A stretch of 64,000 nt of DNA from a bacterium (GTDB lineage Bacteria > SAR324 > NAC60-12): NCBI GenBank assembly GCA_965233585.1, contig CBDDTI010000746.1, forward strand, positions 640,001-704,000, in the 5' to 3' direction. The first letter of the stretch is position 1; each line of letters opens with the position of its first letter. The notes under the pieces were generated by a model. The model had not been told where the DNA came from. It made no database searches and saw only the letters and a list, made by a program, of their open reading frames with translations. Below are positions 28,827-38,993 of the stretch, piece by piece. A program made the translations under genes and the position numbers.

Positions 28827-29286
28827 GAATCACGGCTGTTGCACAAATCCCCTCTTTTCTACCTGTGAAGCCAAGATGGTCTGTTGTCGTTGCCTTGATA
28901 GAAATTTGTTGAGGTGTAGCAGATGGAAAGCATTGCACAATCTCTTGTTGCATTTGTGGTAAAAAGTCTGCAAGTTTAGGCTCTTGAGCGCAGATGGTGG
29001 CATCTAAATTGTTCAATCTAAACCCTCTTTGATGAGCATATTCTGTCACTGTTTTCAGCAACTCTCTGCTGTCAGCCCCCTCATACTTCTTGGTTGCAGG
29101 AAACCACATTCCCAGATCACCCAATGTCAACGCACCAAGTAGTGCATCAGTGATGGCATGGAGCAAAGCATCTCCGTCAGAATGTCCTTTTAGCCCCTTC
29201 TCAAAAGGAATTTTAACGCCTCCCAAAATTAATGGTCTCCCCAAAACCAGTTGGTGTGCATCAAAACCTATTCCAATCCGTTGCAT
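28747..29286 (-). CDS. ispF: 2-C-methyl-D-erythritol 2,4-cyclodiphosphate synthase
   Basis: RIGIGFDAH, GHSDGD.LLHA..DALLG, GDLG..FP, IKATT; C-terminal extension overlaps the convergent gene. Confidence 0.93.
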   Translation of the reverse strand: MQRIGIGFDAHQLVLGRPLILGGVKIPFEKGLKGHSDGDALLHAITDALLGALTLGDLGMWFPATKKYEGADSRELLKTVTEYAHQRGFRLNNLDATICAQEPKLADFLPQMQQEIVQCFPSATPQQISIKATTTDHLGFTGRKEGICATAVILMKQPFFWQFLKSCEHVLGKFGVRQQ

Positions 29287-29340
29287 CTTGTAAGCTAAAA
29301 AGTGTTTTGATTGAGTTTGATTGCAGTGGCATCTTGATTG

Positions 29341-30483
29341 TCAGGAGTCAAGTTGCAAAAATTGAAACATTTGAGCAAGATGCCTTTCAAGAGTGAAATG
29401 TTGTTGATAATGCAAATAAGCGGCTTGGCTCATCTGTGTATATTTTTCAGGTGTTTGAATCAATGAATTAATGGCAGAAGCTATTGCATGAGGGTTTTGA
29501 TATGGCACAAGGACGCCTGTTTTGCCTTCTAACACCATGTCGGGAATTGCACCAGATTCAGTAGAAATGACAACAGAACCATGAGCCATCGCCTCAAGAA
29601 TCGCAAGAGGTTGTCCTTCATACTTTGTAGGCAACACCAAAACATGAGACTTTTTTAGTAGTGTCTCTTTGTCTTGCTTGGCAAGCATTCCTTCATACCT
29701 CACATCATTTTTTAAACCCAATTTTTTGATTCTTTCATAAAATTCTTTTTCTGCATGTTCTGCATTTTGAATGGTTTCATCAAATCTAGGTTCACTCAAA
29801 AACTCACCACAAAAATAACAAATGACTTGCAAACTATACTGATTGGATAAAATGCTGACACACTCCAAAACATCTAAATAACCTTTAAACTCAATCAAGT
29901 TAGAAAGATAGAGCAGCGAGATTGGTTGTTGTTTGGAAGATGGCAATGTTTTTGGTGTGAATTGAGAAGGCTCTACTGAACTTTTCACACCATTAGGCAC
30001 AACGCAAATTTTAGGTTTAAGCCGTTGTTCAAAGTCAAACATGCTTTGCAACGAATTGCCTAAAACTGCTATTTTGTCTAACTTTAGTAAGGTCTGCCTA
30101 ATCAAAAACTGCCAAACTTTGGATTGTTGCCTGTAAAAAGTATGATAATTCCCTCCGTGTAAATGCCCAACAATTTGACGCCTCATCAATGAAGCAATCC
30201 AAATGAACAGGCAATCTCTGATGAATCCTTGACGGGATTGAGCAATGGTCAAATACACCAGCGAGCAAGGTCGGCAGACACAAGATAGATATTTTGCCAA
30301 AATGTCAATGTATTCCAAAGCACGACTGAACTTGCTGATTTTTTGTGGATAAACCCGAGTAGAAAGATTGATGATTTTGTGAGGAATATGCTTGCTAGTC
30401 AGTGCATCAATGAGCATTTGGAAAGCAACCGATTGTCCATTGATGGGGGGAGGAACAGGACCAACCAAAATGAGTGGTTTCAT
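29341..30483 (-). CDS. Glycosyltransferase family 4
   Basis: GP.PPP..G, HLHGG, LSNL..KG, EGQPLAILEAM. Confidence 0.9.
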   Translation of the reverse strand: MKPLILVGPVPPPINGQSVAFQMLIDALTSKHIPHKIINLSTRVYPQKISKFSRALEYIDILAKYLSCVCRPCSLVYLTIAQSRQGFIRDCLFIWIASLMRRQIVGHLHGGNYHTFYRQQSKVWQFLIRQTLLKLDKIAVLGNSLQSMFDFEQRLKPKICVVPNGVKSSVEPSQFTPKTLPSSKQQPISLLYLSNLIEFKGYLDVLECVSILSNQYSLQVICYFCGEFLSEPRFDETIQNAEHAEKEFYERIKKLGLKNDVRYEGMLAKQDKETLLKKSHVLVLPTKYEGQPLAILEAMAHGSVVISTESGAIPDMVLEGKTGVLVPYQNPHAIASAINSLIQTPEKYTQMSQAAYLHYQQHFTLERHLAQMFQFLQLDS

Positions 30484-30869
30484 TCTGGTTCTTGCTGCAA
30501 GATGTAGATGATTTCATCAGGACGAGCCATGCCTAGCTCTTTCCTTGCCATCGCTTCAATGACTTGGGGGTTTGTCCGAAGTGCCTGTGTTTCTGCATAA
30601 AGATTTTTGATTTGTTCCTTTAAATTCACAACCTCTTGTTCCAGCTGGATTCGTCTTGCATGCAGACGATGTTTTGCAAAAACACCATACTCCCCAAACA
30701 ACGCAACCAATGAAAAAATTCCTGAAACTAACAGAATCAACCATGTTGTAGATTTGACAGTTGTTTGAGAGTCTTCGTTGGCTTCAGGCGTTGGAGATAA
30801 GTGAGAAGGCTTTGGCTTGTTTTGGATTTGAGAGCTGAGCAAATCCAAGAATTTTGTGAGTCGTTTCAT
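30480..30869 (-). CDS. ftsB: Septum formation initiator FtsB/DivIC
   Basis: TM helix, FGEYG, coiled coil, IEAMARKELGM.RPDE. Confidence 0.85.
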   Translation of the reverse strand: MKRLTKFLDLLSSQIQNKPKPSHLSPTPEANEDSQTTVKSTTWLILLVSGIFSLVALFGEYGVFAKHRLHARRIQLEQEVVNLKEQIKNLYAETQALRTNPQVIEAMARKELGMARPDEIIYILQQEPE

Positions 30870-32236
30870 AGAATGGATTCAATTTTTGTTCTGGAATCGT
30901 TGCTCATTGTTTCATAAATTTGGAACTCATCAATGACAGAACAACCCAAATCTTCTTCAAACTTCGCTTGATTAGGATTTGCTTTTTGGACTGAATCTTT
31001 TTGATTGCCGAGATTGGAAAGAAAAATGCCAGCCGCACTCACTGGTAGAAAATCCTCATAAATGATGGGGTCAAGGTGTAGCAACCCCTCTTCTTGAAGC
31101 TGCTGAAGTGTTGTGACATTTTTTGGAATTTCTGCACCCTCTTTTAAACGATACATGTAGTAAGCAAGACCTTGCTTGTGTAATTCCTCGTGGGAATCAG
31201 GAAATTCTAAAAATTCCTCTTTTAAGATGGCGTTATACTCTTGAGTATTTGAACCATCAGGCAATGGAGAGATTCGGCTTCTGACCTTATCAAGTAGTTG
31301 GTCGTACAAAAGCCTTCCTTTAGTGGTCAAAGCCACCCCACGTTGTTCAATTTCTCCAAAACGTGCTGTATGTTTTCCCTTGATATGAGATGACTCATGC
31401 CCCCAAAAAACCACAGATTCACTCAATGCTTTGAACGAAGTTTGTCGCAGCAAAATAGGACACTTCCTGAAAGGAGGACCTTCCACAACTGCTTTAGGTT
31501 CTATATGGTGTTGTAACATTTGCTCCTGACAAGCATCAATGTCCAACGTTCTAGGAGTGAGGTGATTGATATGCGGACCACGGAAAGCAACAATGTCTGC
31601 GATTAAGGGGTGGACACGATGAAGTTGCTCATAAGTTTCTTTAGTCGTCAGTGAGGTTTGATGCCACCGAAACGTTTCTAGTGCTTCATCTACAAATTCT
31701 AAACTTTCGGCTCTGGATAGTCCCCCTTGATTTTCTGCTTGTTCAATGAGTACCAACACTTTGGCAGTAAAAATAGAACGACCCTCTAAAATTCTTTGTG
31801 AATCTTCCCTTAAATCAACGTTTTCAATTAAATCTAAACGCAATAAAGAAGTAAACACACGGAAAGGATTTTTGGTTAACTCCTCGTGTGTGATGGGACG
31901 AAAGGCAGTAGAGTGAACAGGTAAACCTGCAACAGATAAATCATAGTAGCCAACAGGGTGCATTCCCATCACAGCAAACAATCTCTTAATGTTTCGTAGT
32001 TCATCAGCTGTGCCAACACGAATCGCACCATGTCGTTCTTCTGACAAGCGATTCAGTTGGTTGGTTTCTTGTAGATGATTCTTGACTTTGGGATTTTGTT
32101 CTAAAAATTTCTGATTGACTGATTCCACAAGTTGGATCAGTTGACCATAAGCGGGGACTTCTTCACGGTACATTTCAGACATCTTTTCAGCAAAATGCTG
32201 TCTAATGTCGCTCGGTTTTGCAAATTCTGTTGACAT
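30866..32236 (-). CDS. ydcJ: 2-oxoadipate dioxygenase/decarboxylase (HglS/YdcJ, DUF1338)
   Basis: MY..EVP.YG, ERHGAIRVGT, VHSTAFRP, HINHLTPR, GEIEQRG, YEDFLPVSAAGIF; ATG 32236 preferred. Confidence 0.9.
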   Translation of the reverse strand: MSTEFAKPSDIRQHFAEKMSEMYREEVPAYGQLIQLVESVNQKFLEQNPKVKNHLQETNQLNRLSEERHGAIRVGTADELRNIKRLFAVMGMHPVGYYDLSVAGLPVHSTAFRPITHEELTKNPFRVFTSLLRLDLIENVDLREDSQRILEGRSIFTAKVLVLIEQAENQGGLSRAESLEFVDEALETFRWHQTSLTTKETYEQLHRVHPLIADIVAFRGPHINHLTPRTLDIDACQEQMLQHHIEPKAVVEGPPFRKCPILLRQTSFKALSESVVFWGHESSHIKGKHTARFGEIEQRGVALTTKGRLLYDQLLDKVRSRISPLPDGSNTQEYNAILKEEFLEFPDSHEELHKQGLAYYMYRLKEGAEIPKNVTTLQQLQEEGLLHLDPIIYEDFLPVSAAGIFLSNLGNQKDSVQKANPNQAKFEEDLGCSVIDEFQIYETMSNDSRTKIESIL

Positions 32237-32389
32237 ACTTTTTGACTTGAAAAATTTTTTGGTTACTTGAGTTTCAATGACCAAAAGATACAACACCTAT
32301 CCTAAAGATTCCATTTAAAAAACTGGTTTCTGACCTCAAAACTTCCAATTTAATATCCTTTTAAAATTTTTATCAACACCAATCCTTTT

Positions 32390-33301
32390 TTAATGGTTTG
32401 AGTGCTGGTAGATTAAGGGAATTTCATGGGTTTTGGGTGAACGTTTTTGACAAACTGCCTGATGAGAAGGAAAGCGACGTTTGATCATCCTCTGACCGAT
32501 TGCACCTGAAAAAAGAGATTCCTGATAATATCCTTGCTTTGCCACAAGTTCGCATTGCTTTTGATTGGGAAATTGTAGAAGTGTGACATACTGTCCTTGA
32601 TTGGCAGGAAAAGACCATGCTTTGAATAACTGCATAGAGGCAAGAGGTTCGTCTTTGTGCTTGTTGACAAAGGCATAGCGTGTCTCCACTTCTGCAAAGG
32701 TAACCGATGCAGGAACACATCTTTTGAAATGGGGACGTTTAGGGATTTTTACCTGTTCGCTAGCATAGTAGAACGGGCTTGAGGCAACACGTCTGCACCA
32801 TTCCAAATTGGGCATAACGAGTCGTTTGGACTGCTTCCCGCTTTGAACAGGTAAAACCCATGCGTTCATAGTTTGCTTTTGCCAGCGATAGTATTCCAAC
32901 GTCTGACGCAAGTAACATTTGCCTGTTTTGTCAGGCGGTTTTTGCCTTTGACATTCTTCTAAGCTAGAAAATGCACCCTCCACTCCTACCACTGCAAATC
33001 CTTGCAGGACGTTGAAGTGCCAGCCTTCTTTTGCACCTTGAAACTCAAAGTAAGACTGTGCAAAAGCAAGGCTTGTAAGAAATTGAAAGGCAAGAATTAG
33101 GCAGAGAGATTGGCTTGCAAAACGCTTCTGCAACGTTCTCGCAAGATTTCCTTGCGTAATGCACGATTTGAAAATGACCAACGGCGAAATGCACGATTTA
33201 GTTTTGTGAGTAACATCATTCCTCCAAGAGTTAAAAAAAGAGATAGCACAAAATGAGCTTCTCAATGGACTTTGCAAAAAGATTGCCACTTTTTTTGTCA
33301 A
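32390..33301 (-). CDS. Hypothetical exported Cys-containing protein (true start probably downstream, e.g. TTG 33133)
   Basis: Signal-like LQKRFASQSLCLILAFQFLTSLAFA-Q followed by short repeats with paired Cys. Confidence 0.55.
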   Translation of the reverse strand: MTKKVAIFLQSPLRSSFCAISFFNSWRNDVTHKTKSCISPLVIFKSCITQGNLARTLQKRFASQSLCLILAFQFLTSLAFAQSYFEFQGAKEGWHFNVLQGFAVVGVEGAFSSLEECQRQKPPDKTGKCYLRQTLEYYRWQKQTMNAWVLPVQSGKQSKRLVMPNLEWCRRVASSPFYYASEQVKIPKRPHFKRCVPASVTFAEVETRYAFVNKHKDEPLASMQLFKAWSFPANQGQYVTLLQFPNQKQCELVAKQGYYQESLFSGAIGQRMIKRRFPSHQAVCQKRSPKTHEIPLIYQHSNH

Positions 33302-33303
33302 TG

Positions 33304-36300
33304 TCAGCCTTTTCTTACGGTTGAAGACATATATTGCTTGTAATGTGTTCGCACTTGCTGTCGCAGTTCCAGTAGAGTTTCCCCAAGATCTTTGGTCTCC
33401 AGTTCGTGGAATCCTTTCATTTTTTGGCTCAAAACAGGAAGTTCGCTTAACCGAACAGAATTGACTGAAGAATCCAATGAAAGTCTGGTGTAAATCTCAA
33501 GGGCTTGAAAGAAGCGATAGGCTTTTTTGAGTGTAACACAGGTGTCTTTTGGAAGAATGCCATGTTTGGCAAATTGGTTAATCGCTCCAAGTGTTTGCGT
33601 CGTTCGGACTGCGTGACAGGTTTTTCCATGAATGAGTTGGAGATATTGTGACAGATACTCAATATCCAAAATCCCACCGTAGCCTTCCTTGAGGTTCGCC
33701 ATGTCATATTCACTTTGACCTTGCTCTTTTTCTTTACGGAAACGCAAATAAGCAATGTCTTGTTGAAGGGTCTCAGGCAAAGGGAGTTCATAAGCAGTGG
33801 ACTCTGTCTGTTGTTTCACCTTTTGAATCCATGCAGTTTCACTTCCCAAATTCAAAACCCGTGCTTTAAGCAACGCCTGACGTTCCCAAACTTGCGAGGC
33901 TTTGTGATACTCCCAATATTTGTCAGCCAGTGTCACCAATGTCCCACCATAGCCTGAAGGTCTCAACCTAGTATCTAATTTATAAGCATAGCCATTGCGT
34001 GTGAAGGTAGAAAGTACAGAGATCAACCGCTGTACAAACTTGATGTAATATTGCTGATTGCTAATGGAAATCTTGCCGTCAGTTTGTCCTTCTGCAGAAT
34101 AAAGAAAGACTAAGTCAAGGTCTGAATAATAGTTTAATTCGCGTCCCCCCAATTTCCCCAAACCTAAAATTGCAAGTTCTGCAGGTTGTCCATCTTCTCC
34201 ATAAGGCAGACCAAAACTGTTCTGAAGGGCATCTTTGGCAATCTGACATGCCTCCCCCAAAACAGTTTCTGCCAGTTGACTTAAACGGTCTCTGGCTCTG
34301 TGGTATTGTAGAAATTCTTCAAGTTCTGCACTTCCAATCAAAAATGTCACCTCATGTGTAAATTCTCGTAACACCTCAAACTTTTCTTCTACTTGCGGGG
34401 TCTGCTTGAGTCGTTGATGAAGGTCAGCACGCCATTCATCAGGAGTGTGTAACTGCTCTTTTGCATCAAGTTGTTGAATCAAGGCAAGATGATTCAAGAG
34501 ATAGTTCCATAGCAATTCGCTGGTTTCAGCAATTCGCACTAGACGTCTCAACGAGGCAGGAGTTTTGAGTAAAAACTGATAGTATTCAATTTTGTTGTCA
34601 ATACTTTCCATCAAACGTTGAATACGGACAATCACTTTAGGTTCTTGATGGTTTTTGAAAATGGTGCAGAATTGCAAAGCAATTTCTTCTGCTAATTCGT
34701 CAAGTTTTTGCTGGGGGTAGTCTAATCCCTGCCATGACTGAAGCAAGGTTTCTTTGATGTTTTGATACTCCTGCTCAAACAAAGTGCTGAATTTAGTATG
34801 AACATTGGTAGTCTTGTCTTTGAGGTCTTGTAAAAAATGCCTTCTGGCACGGGTCAAAGAACGTTCAACGTAGCCTAATTGCCTTGAAAAGATCAGTTGC
34901 CTGTGTGTTTCTGATGGCAGAAGGTGTGTTTGATGCTCTTCTTTCATTTGTAAGCGATGTTCCACACGCCTTAAATAAGTATAAGCATCACTTAACATCT
35001 CTGCATCAGAAGATTTGATTAGTTGTTCTGCTTGTAACCTTTCTAATGCCTCCAGTGTATTTGATGTTTGCAAGACAGGTTTTCTACCACCATATAAAAG
35101 CTGAAAAATTTGGACAAAAAACTCAATTTCTCTGATGCCTCCCTCACCATGTTTGACGTCAAAGTGATCAGTTTTATGTTCCTGTTCTGAACGTCTTTTC
35201 ATCTCTTGAATCTCTGAAAACTGTGTGTCATCAATCCATTTGCTAAACACAAAAGACTCTAGCATCTTGTGAAATGCAGTGCCGATATTAGTGTTGCCTG
35301 TGATGAACTGGGCTTTGATCAATGCCTGCCTTTCCCAAAGTTTTCCGTCATTTTGATAATAATCACAAATGTATGACAAGCTCAAAAACAAGGGGGTTTG
35401 TTCATCGCCCGGACGGAGTCGCATGTCCACCCGTGCAATGAAGCCATCAGCAGTATATTCAGAAATGAACTGAATCAATTTTCTGGCAAATTTTTGACGC
35501 TTGCTTGCCTTTGAAAACCAATGTGAAGGCTCAAGCAATGTGTCATCATACACAAAAATTAAATCTACATCAGAAGAATAATTTAACTCATTCCCTCCTA
35601 ACTTTCCTAAACCCAAAAGAGCAATAGGAAACGATGGTTCATCAATGAAACGCAACCCTGAATGATGTTGTTCTTCCAAAGACCAAAGCACTTCTAGGGA
35701 GGCTTCTACACAAATCTCATTGACTGATGTAATTTCTGACCAAATGGCAGGTTGTAAATCCCAGTCATTGAGGTCACGTAGGGTGATTCGCAAATACTCC
35801 TCATACTTGTAAATCCTAATCAATGATGCAAGATTTTCATGTTGATAAGGCTTGCATTGTTTGATTTTTTGAAACAACTCTTGCCTCATGGTTGCCAAAG
35901 GTTTGACACAAAACAAATAATCAGACTGAAATAAATCTAAAACGACAGCAGGTTGTGAGATGAGAAAGCGGGAAAGAAAAGCAGAGCAGTCAAAAATTTT
36001 CAACAATCCTGCAAGAATTTTAGGAGATGCTGCAAGAGAAATCTTTTGTTTTGTACAAGCAACACAAAAATCGTGAAGATGCCAAAGGCTGTGTTCCAAA
36101 TCTCCATACAATGCTAGTTCAGCAAAACATTCTTGGGGCAGATTTTGAAAGTTGTCAAGTTGACGAAGTTGAGCAAGGCTTTTCAAGATTTGGTCAAAAT
36201 CACCTTCAAATCTTAATTCTTCTAAATGTTCTTGCCATGGCTCAATCCATTCTTCATTTTGCCAGCTTTGGGCAAGCTCAATCGCCCAGTCTGGATAGAG

Positions 36301-36312
36301 AATACAGTCCAT
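33304..36312 (-). CDS. glnE: Bifunctional glutamine synthetase adenylyltransferase/adenylyl-removing enzyme
   Basis: Two nucleotidyltransferase domains GKLGG.ELNY.SD.DL, D.RLRP, WERQAL.KA, K.G.GGI. Confidence 0.93.
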   Translation of the reverse strand: MDCILYPDWAIELAQSWQNEEWIEPWQEHLEELRFEGDFDQILKSLAQLRQLDNFQNLPQECFAELALYGDLEHSLWHLHDFCVACTKQKISLAASPKILAGLLKIFDCSAFLSRFLISQPAVVLDLFQSDYLFCVKPLATMRQELFQKIKQCKPYQHENLASLIRIYKYEEYLRITLRDLNDWDLQPAIWSEITSVNEICVEASLEVLWSLEEQHHSGLRFIDEPSFPIALLGLGKLGGNELNYSSDVDLIFVYDDTLLEPSHWFSKASKRQKFARKLIQFISEYTADGFIARVDMRLRPGDEQTPLFLSLSYICDYYQNDGKLWERQALIKAQFITGNTNIGTAFHKMLESFVFSKWIDDTQFSEIQEMKRRSEQEHKTDHFDVKHGEGGIREIEFFVQIFQLLYGGRKPVLQTSNTLEALERLQAEQLIKSSDAEMLSDAYTYLRRVEHRLQMKEEHQTHLLPSETHRQLIFSRQLGYVERSLTRARRHFLQDLKDKTTNVHTKFSTLFEQEYQNIKETLLQSWQGLDYPQQKLDELAEEIALQFCTIFKNHQEPKVIVRIQRLMESIDNKIEYYQFLLKTPASLRRLVRIAETSELLWNYLLNHLALIQQLDAKEQLHTPDEWRADLHQRLKQTPQVEEKFEVLREFTHEVTFLIGSAELEEFLQYHRARDRLSQLAETVLGEACQIAKDALQNSFGLPYGEDGQPAELAILGLGKLGGRELNYYSDLDLVFLYSAEGQTDGKISISNQQYYIKFVQRLISVLSTFTRNGYAYKLDTRLRPSGYGGTLVTLADKYWEYHKASQVWERQALLKARVLNLGSETAWIQKVKQQTESTAYELPLPETLQQDIAYLRFRKEKEQGQSEYDMANLKEGYGGILDIEYLSQYLQLIHGKTCHAVRTTQTLGAINQFAKHGILPKDTCVTLKKAYRFFQALEIYTRLSLDSSVNSVRLSELPVLSQKMKGFHELETKDLGETLLELRQQVRTHYKQYMSSTVRKG

Positions 36313-36318
36313 TTGACT

Positions 36319-36723
36319 TTAAACAGCTAATGAGAATCGTTCAATCAAACTCTTCCCCCAACTAATAATATTTGAGGCTTCTGTTGGTGAGATGTTGAGT
36401 TCTTTTGAGATTTTGTACAATTCGTCTTCCTCTTCTTTCACAAACTCACCATCAGAGACAGCAATGACTACCAAATCATAAAAGAGCATCAGTTTGGTTG
36501 AGTCAGAAATGTCTCCTATTTTGCGGGTGGGACTCACTCCAGATTTTAAGAGAGTGTTTAATCGCTTTCGGTCAGCAGTGTTTGGAAACATGGCAACAAT
36601 TTTTTGCAAAAAAGCTTCTTCGCTGCGATGCCTTTTGCCATCTGCCATGATGACTCTGACAACGGCTTCTCCATACCAAAGTCGTTGGTCAGAAGAAAGG
36701 GAGTTAAAAATGGCTGAATACAT
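36319..36723 (-). CDS. TerB-family protein
   Basis: ADG...SEEAFL and SDGEFVKEE duplicated motifs. Confidence 0.75.
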   Translation of the reverse strand: MYSAIFNSLSSDQRLWYGEAVVRVIMADGKRHRSEEAFLQKIVAMFPNTADRKRLNTLLKSGVSPTRKIGDISDSTKLMLFYDLVVIAVSDGEFVKEEEDELYKISKELNISPTEASNIISWGKSLIERFSLAV

Positions 36724-36848
36724 ACGTTCCTAATTTAATTTTTAAAATTTAAAATGTAAAAATAGCTGATTTTTTGACATTATACACCAAGCCAATGAGG
36801 ATATGAGAATGGCATAAAGTGAAGCAAGAAGTCAAACTATAGCCTCAC

Positions 36849-37533
36849 TTCATTGTGTGTTTGACACGGAATCTCAAAAAACAAGAGTTGTTTGGGGAAA
36901 TGAAGAAATTAGAGGAAAAGAGAGAGATTGCGGGTCAAGGTGAGCAATGACAGGGGAATGAGGAAAAACAAAAGAGAGATTCCTGCTTTCGCAGAAATGA
37001 CAAAGAAAGAGGCAAGAATGACCAAATTCAACCTAGCAACCTCCCTTTGTCATTCCGTGCCTGATAAGGAATCTATCACCGAACCAAGCATGGATTCCTG
37101 CCCCTGTTTTCACAGGGGTGACGTTCTTTCGCTCCGAATGACCAAATGCAACCCAGCCAAATCCTCCTGTCATTCCGCACTTGATGCGGAATCTCAAAAG
37201 AAGTGAACGAAGAAAAAGAGAGATTGCGGGTCAAGCACGGAATGACTAAGTTCAAGTTGAGCGATGACGAAAAGACATGCTTGCAAAGTTTCTCAGTCAT
37301 TCCGCACTTGATACGGAATCCATCGTCAATATAGCGTGGATTCCTGCTTCCGCTCCGAATGACAAAGAAAGAGGAAGGAATGAAGGAAAAACAAAGCTCT
37401 CTGCTTGATGACTGTCATTCTGTTCTTGGCACGGAATCTCAAAAAAAAAAGTACGAACAGAGTGAAGAAAAATGAGATTGCGGATCAAGTCCGCAATGAC
37501 AGGTCTGTCATTGCGGACTTGATGCGGAATCTC
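36849..37533. repeat. Second mosaic array of about 13 GTCA-tagged palindromic units, same family as 3081-3719
   Basis: GTCATTCCGCACTTGATGCGGAATCT (e.g. 37169, 37296), AGATTGCGGGTCAAG..AATGAC and GGATTCCTGC...GAATGAC units; spacers shared with the first array. Confidence 0.9.
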
Positions 37534-37664
37534 AAAAACAAGAGTCGTTTGGGTAAGTGAAAGGAGGGAGAGGAAGAAGCGAGTTTTTTATTTTGTCATA
37601 AAAAATTGTTATTCGGTGGGTAAAGCTCGTTGTTTTTATGACAGCCTCGCTTGGAAAAGACGGC

Positions 37665-38768
37665 TTAACGTAAAAATTCTTGAAAATCAATGACTTGATG
37701 AGTTTTTGCAGATTCTTGCGCCGCTAATCCCATCGCAACTGCTTTGATTCCATCATCAAGGCTGACTTCTACTTTTCCTGACCCACGGACGACTTGTAAA
37801 AATTTTTCATGTTGATAAAAAGTGGAACCGTGATGGTCACCTGCTTCAAGTAATTTAGAGTCAAGGGGAATTTCTAACGTCCTAGGACCTGTGGGAAATC
37901 GTGGACTCACCACGATTTGAGGAGTCGGAGGTTCACCAAGGCTTGCATTCCAAAACCTCTGTGGGGCAGGCACAAAGCATTCTATTTTTCCCAACTCACC
38001 AACTGCTGACAGCTCTTCTTGATAGCGAGAACCTTCTGCAAACATACAAAGCTCCAACATGGCTCTTGCCTGATTCTCAAATTCTACAATCACGTATGCG
38101 TTATCCCAAATGTCTGGCGTTTCTCCTTGATAGCTCTCCTCTAAATGATTGACAGCCACCCCACCTGATGCCATCAATTTAACAGGTTCTGATTGCAAAA
38201 TATGCCGCATGAGGTCAAAGAAATGACAACACTTTTCAACAAGCGTCCCGCCTGTGTAACGATTGAACCTGTTCCAATGATTCACTTTTTCAAGAAAAGG
38301 AAAGCGATGTTCACGAATAGTGAGCATACGAATTGTGCCTGTGGCTTCTTGTATTTTTTGAATCAAGACAGCGATAGGGGGCATGTAACGATATTCCATT
38401 GCGACCCATACAGGCACGTCATAGTCTTCTTGGAGTTGTTTGATTCTTTGAATTTGTTCAAGGTCTGAGCAAAGTGGCTTTTCTACCAAAGTAGGCAATG
38501 GTCTCATCTGAAAGATGGTTTCCAGTTGTTCTACATGCAAAAAGTTGGGACTGGCAATGACTAAACAATCCAAGTTTTCATGCTTCAGTAACTCTTCAAG
38601 GCTGTTGGCAAAGTGAATATCAGCATCATACTCTGCAGCCTTCCTTTGCATGTCTAAATCAGGTTCATAAGCGGCAATAATTTTGGTTTCTTTGAGCAAT
38701 TTGATATTTCTTAAATGCTCTTGACCCATCATGCCTGTTCCTATCATTCCATAGCGTGTTTGACTCAT
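37665..38768 (-). CDS. Gfo/Idh/MocA-family oxidoreductase
   Basis: IGTGMMG, ASPN..H, VEKP, GGTLVEKCCHFFD. Confidence 0.9.
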   Translation of the reverse strand: MSQTRYGMIGTGMMGQEHLRNIKLLKETKIIAAYEPDLDMQRKAAEYDADIHFANSLEELLKHENLDCLVIASPNFLHVEQLETIFQMRPLPTLVEKPLCSDLEQIQRIKQLQEDYDVPVWVAMEYRYMPPIAVLIQKIQEATGTIRMLTIREHRFPFLEKVNHWNRFNRYTGGTLVEKCCHFFDLMRHILQSEPVKLMASGGVAVNHLEESYQGETPDIWDNAYVIVEFENQARAMLELCMFAEGSRYQEELSAVGELGKIECFVPAPQRFWNASLGEPPTPQIVVSPRFPTGPRTLEIPLDSKLLEAGDHHGSTFYQHEKFLQVVRGSGKVEVSLDDGIKAVAMGLAAQESAKTHQVIDFQEFLR

Positions 38769-38832
38769 ATCTTTTATACCGATTTAAAATTTAAAAAATG
38801 AGATTGTTCATCACTTTTTTGAAAAAACAATG

Positions 38833-38861
38833 TTGACAAATTTTGAGGTTTCCAGTATAAC
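38833..38861 (+). promoter_or_regulatory. Putative sigma70 promoter of the TRAP-yphC operon
   Basis: TTGACA-N17-TATAAC. Confidence 0.55.
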
Positions 38862-38993
38862 ATGTTCTGTTTCTGAATTTTTGTTTAAAAAGCTGAACGT
38901 TGAAAGTTTTTTTTGACTGAATTTCTGAGACATTGTTTGTCTTTTTTCGCTTTAGAAAAAGGCTTTTTTTAATTTATTCATGGAGAATAGTAT

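Noticed and set aside
37577..37652. Interrupted inverted repeat TGTCATAAAAA...TTTTTATGACA with outer AAGCGAG/CTCGCTT
   Set aside because: Single copy, long loop, no target duplication; cannot be distinguished from a terminator-like or degenerate repeat element.
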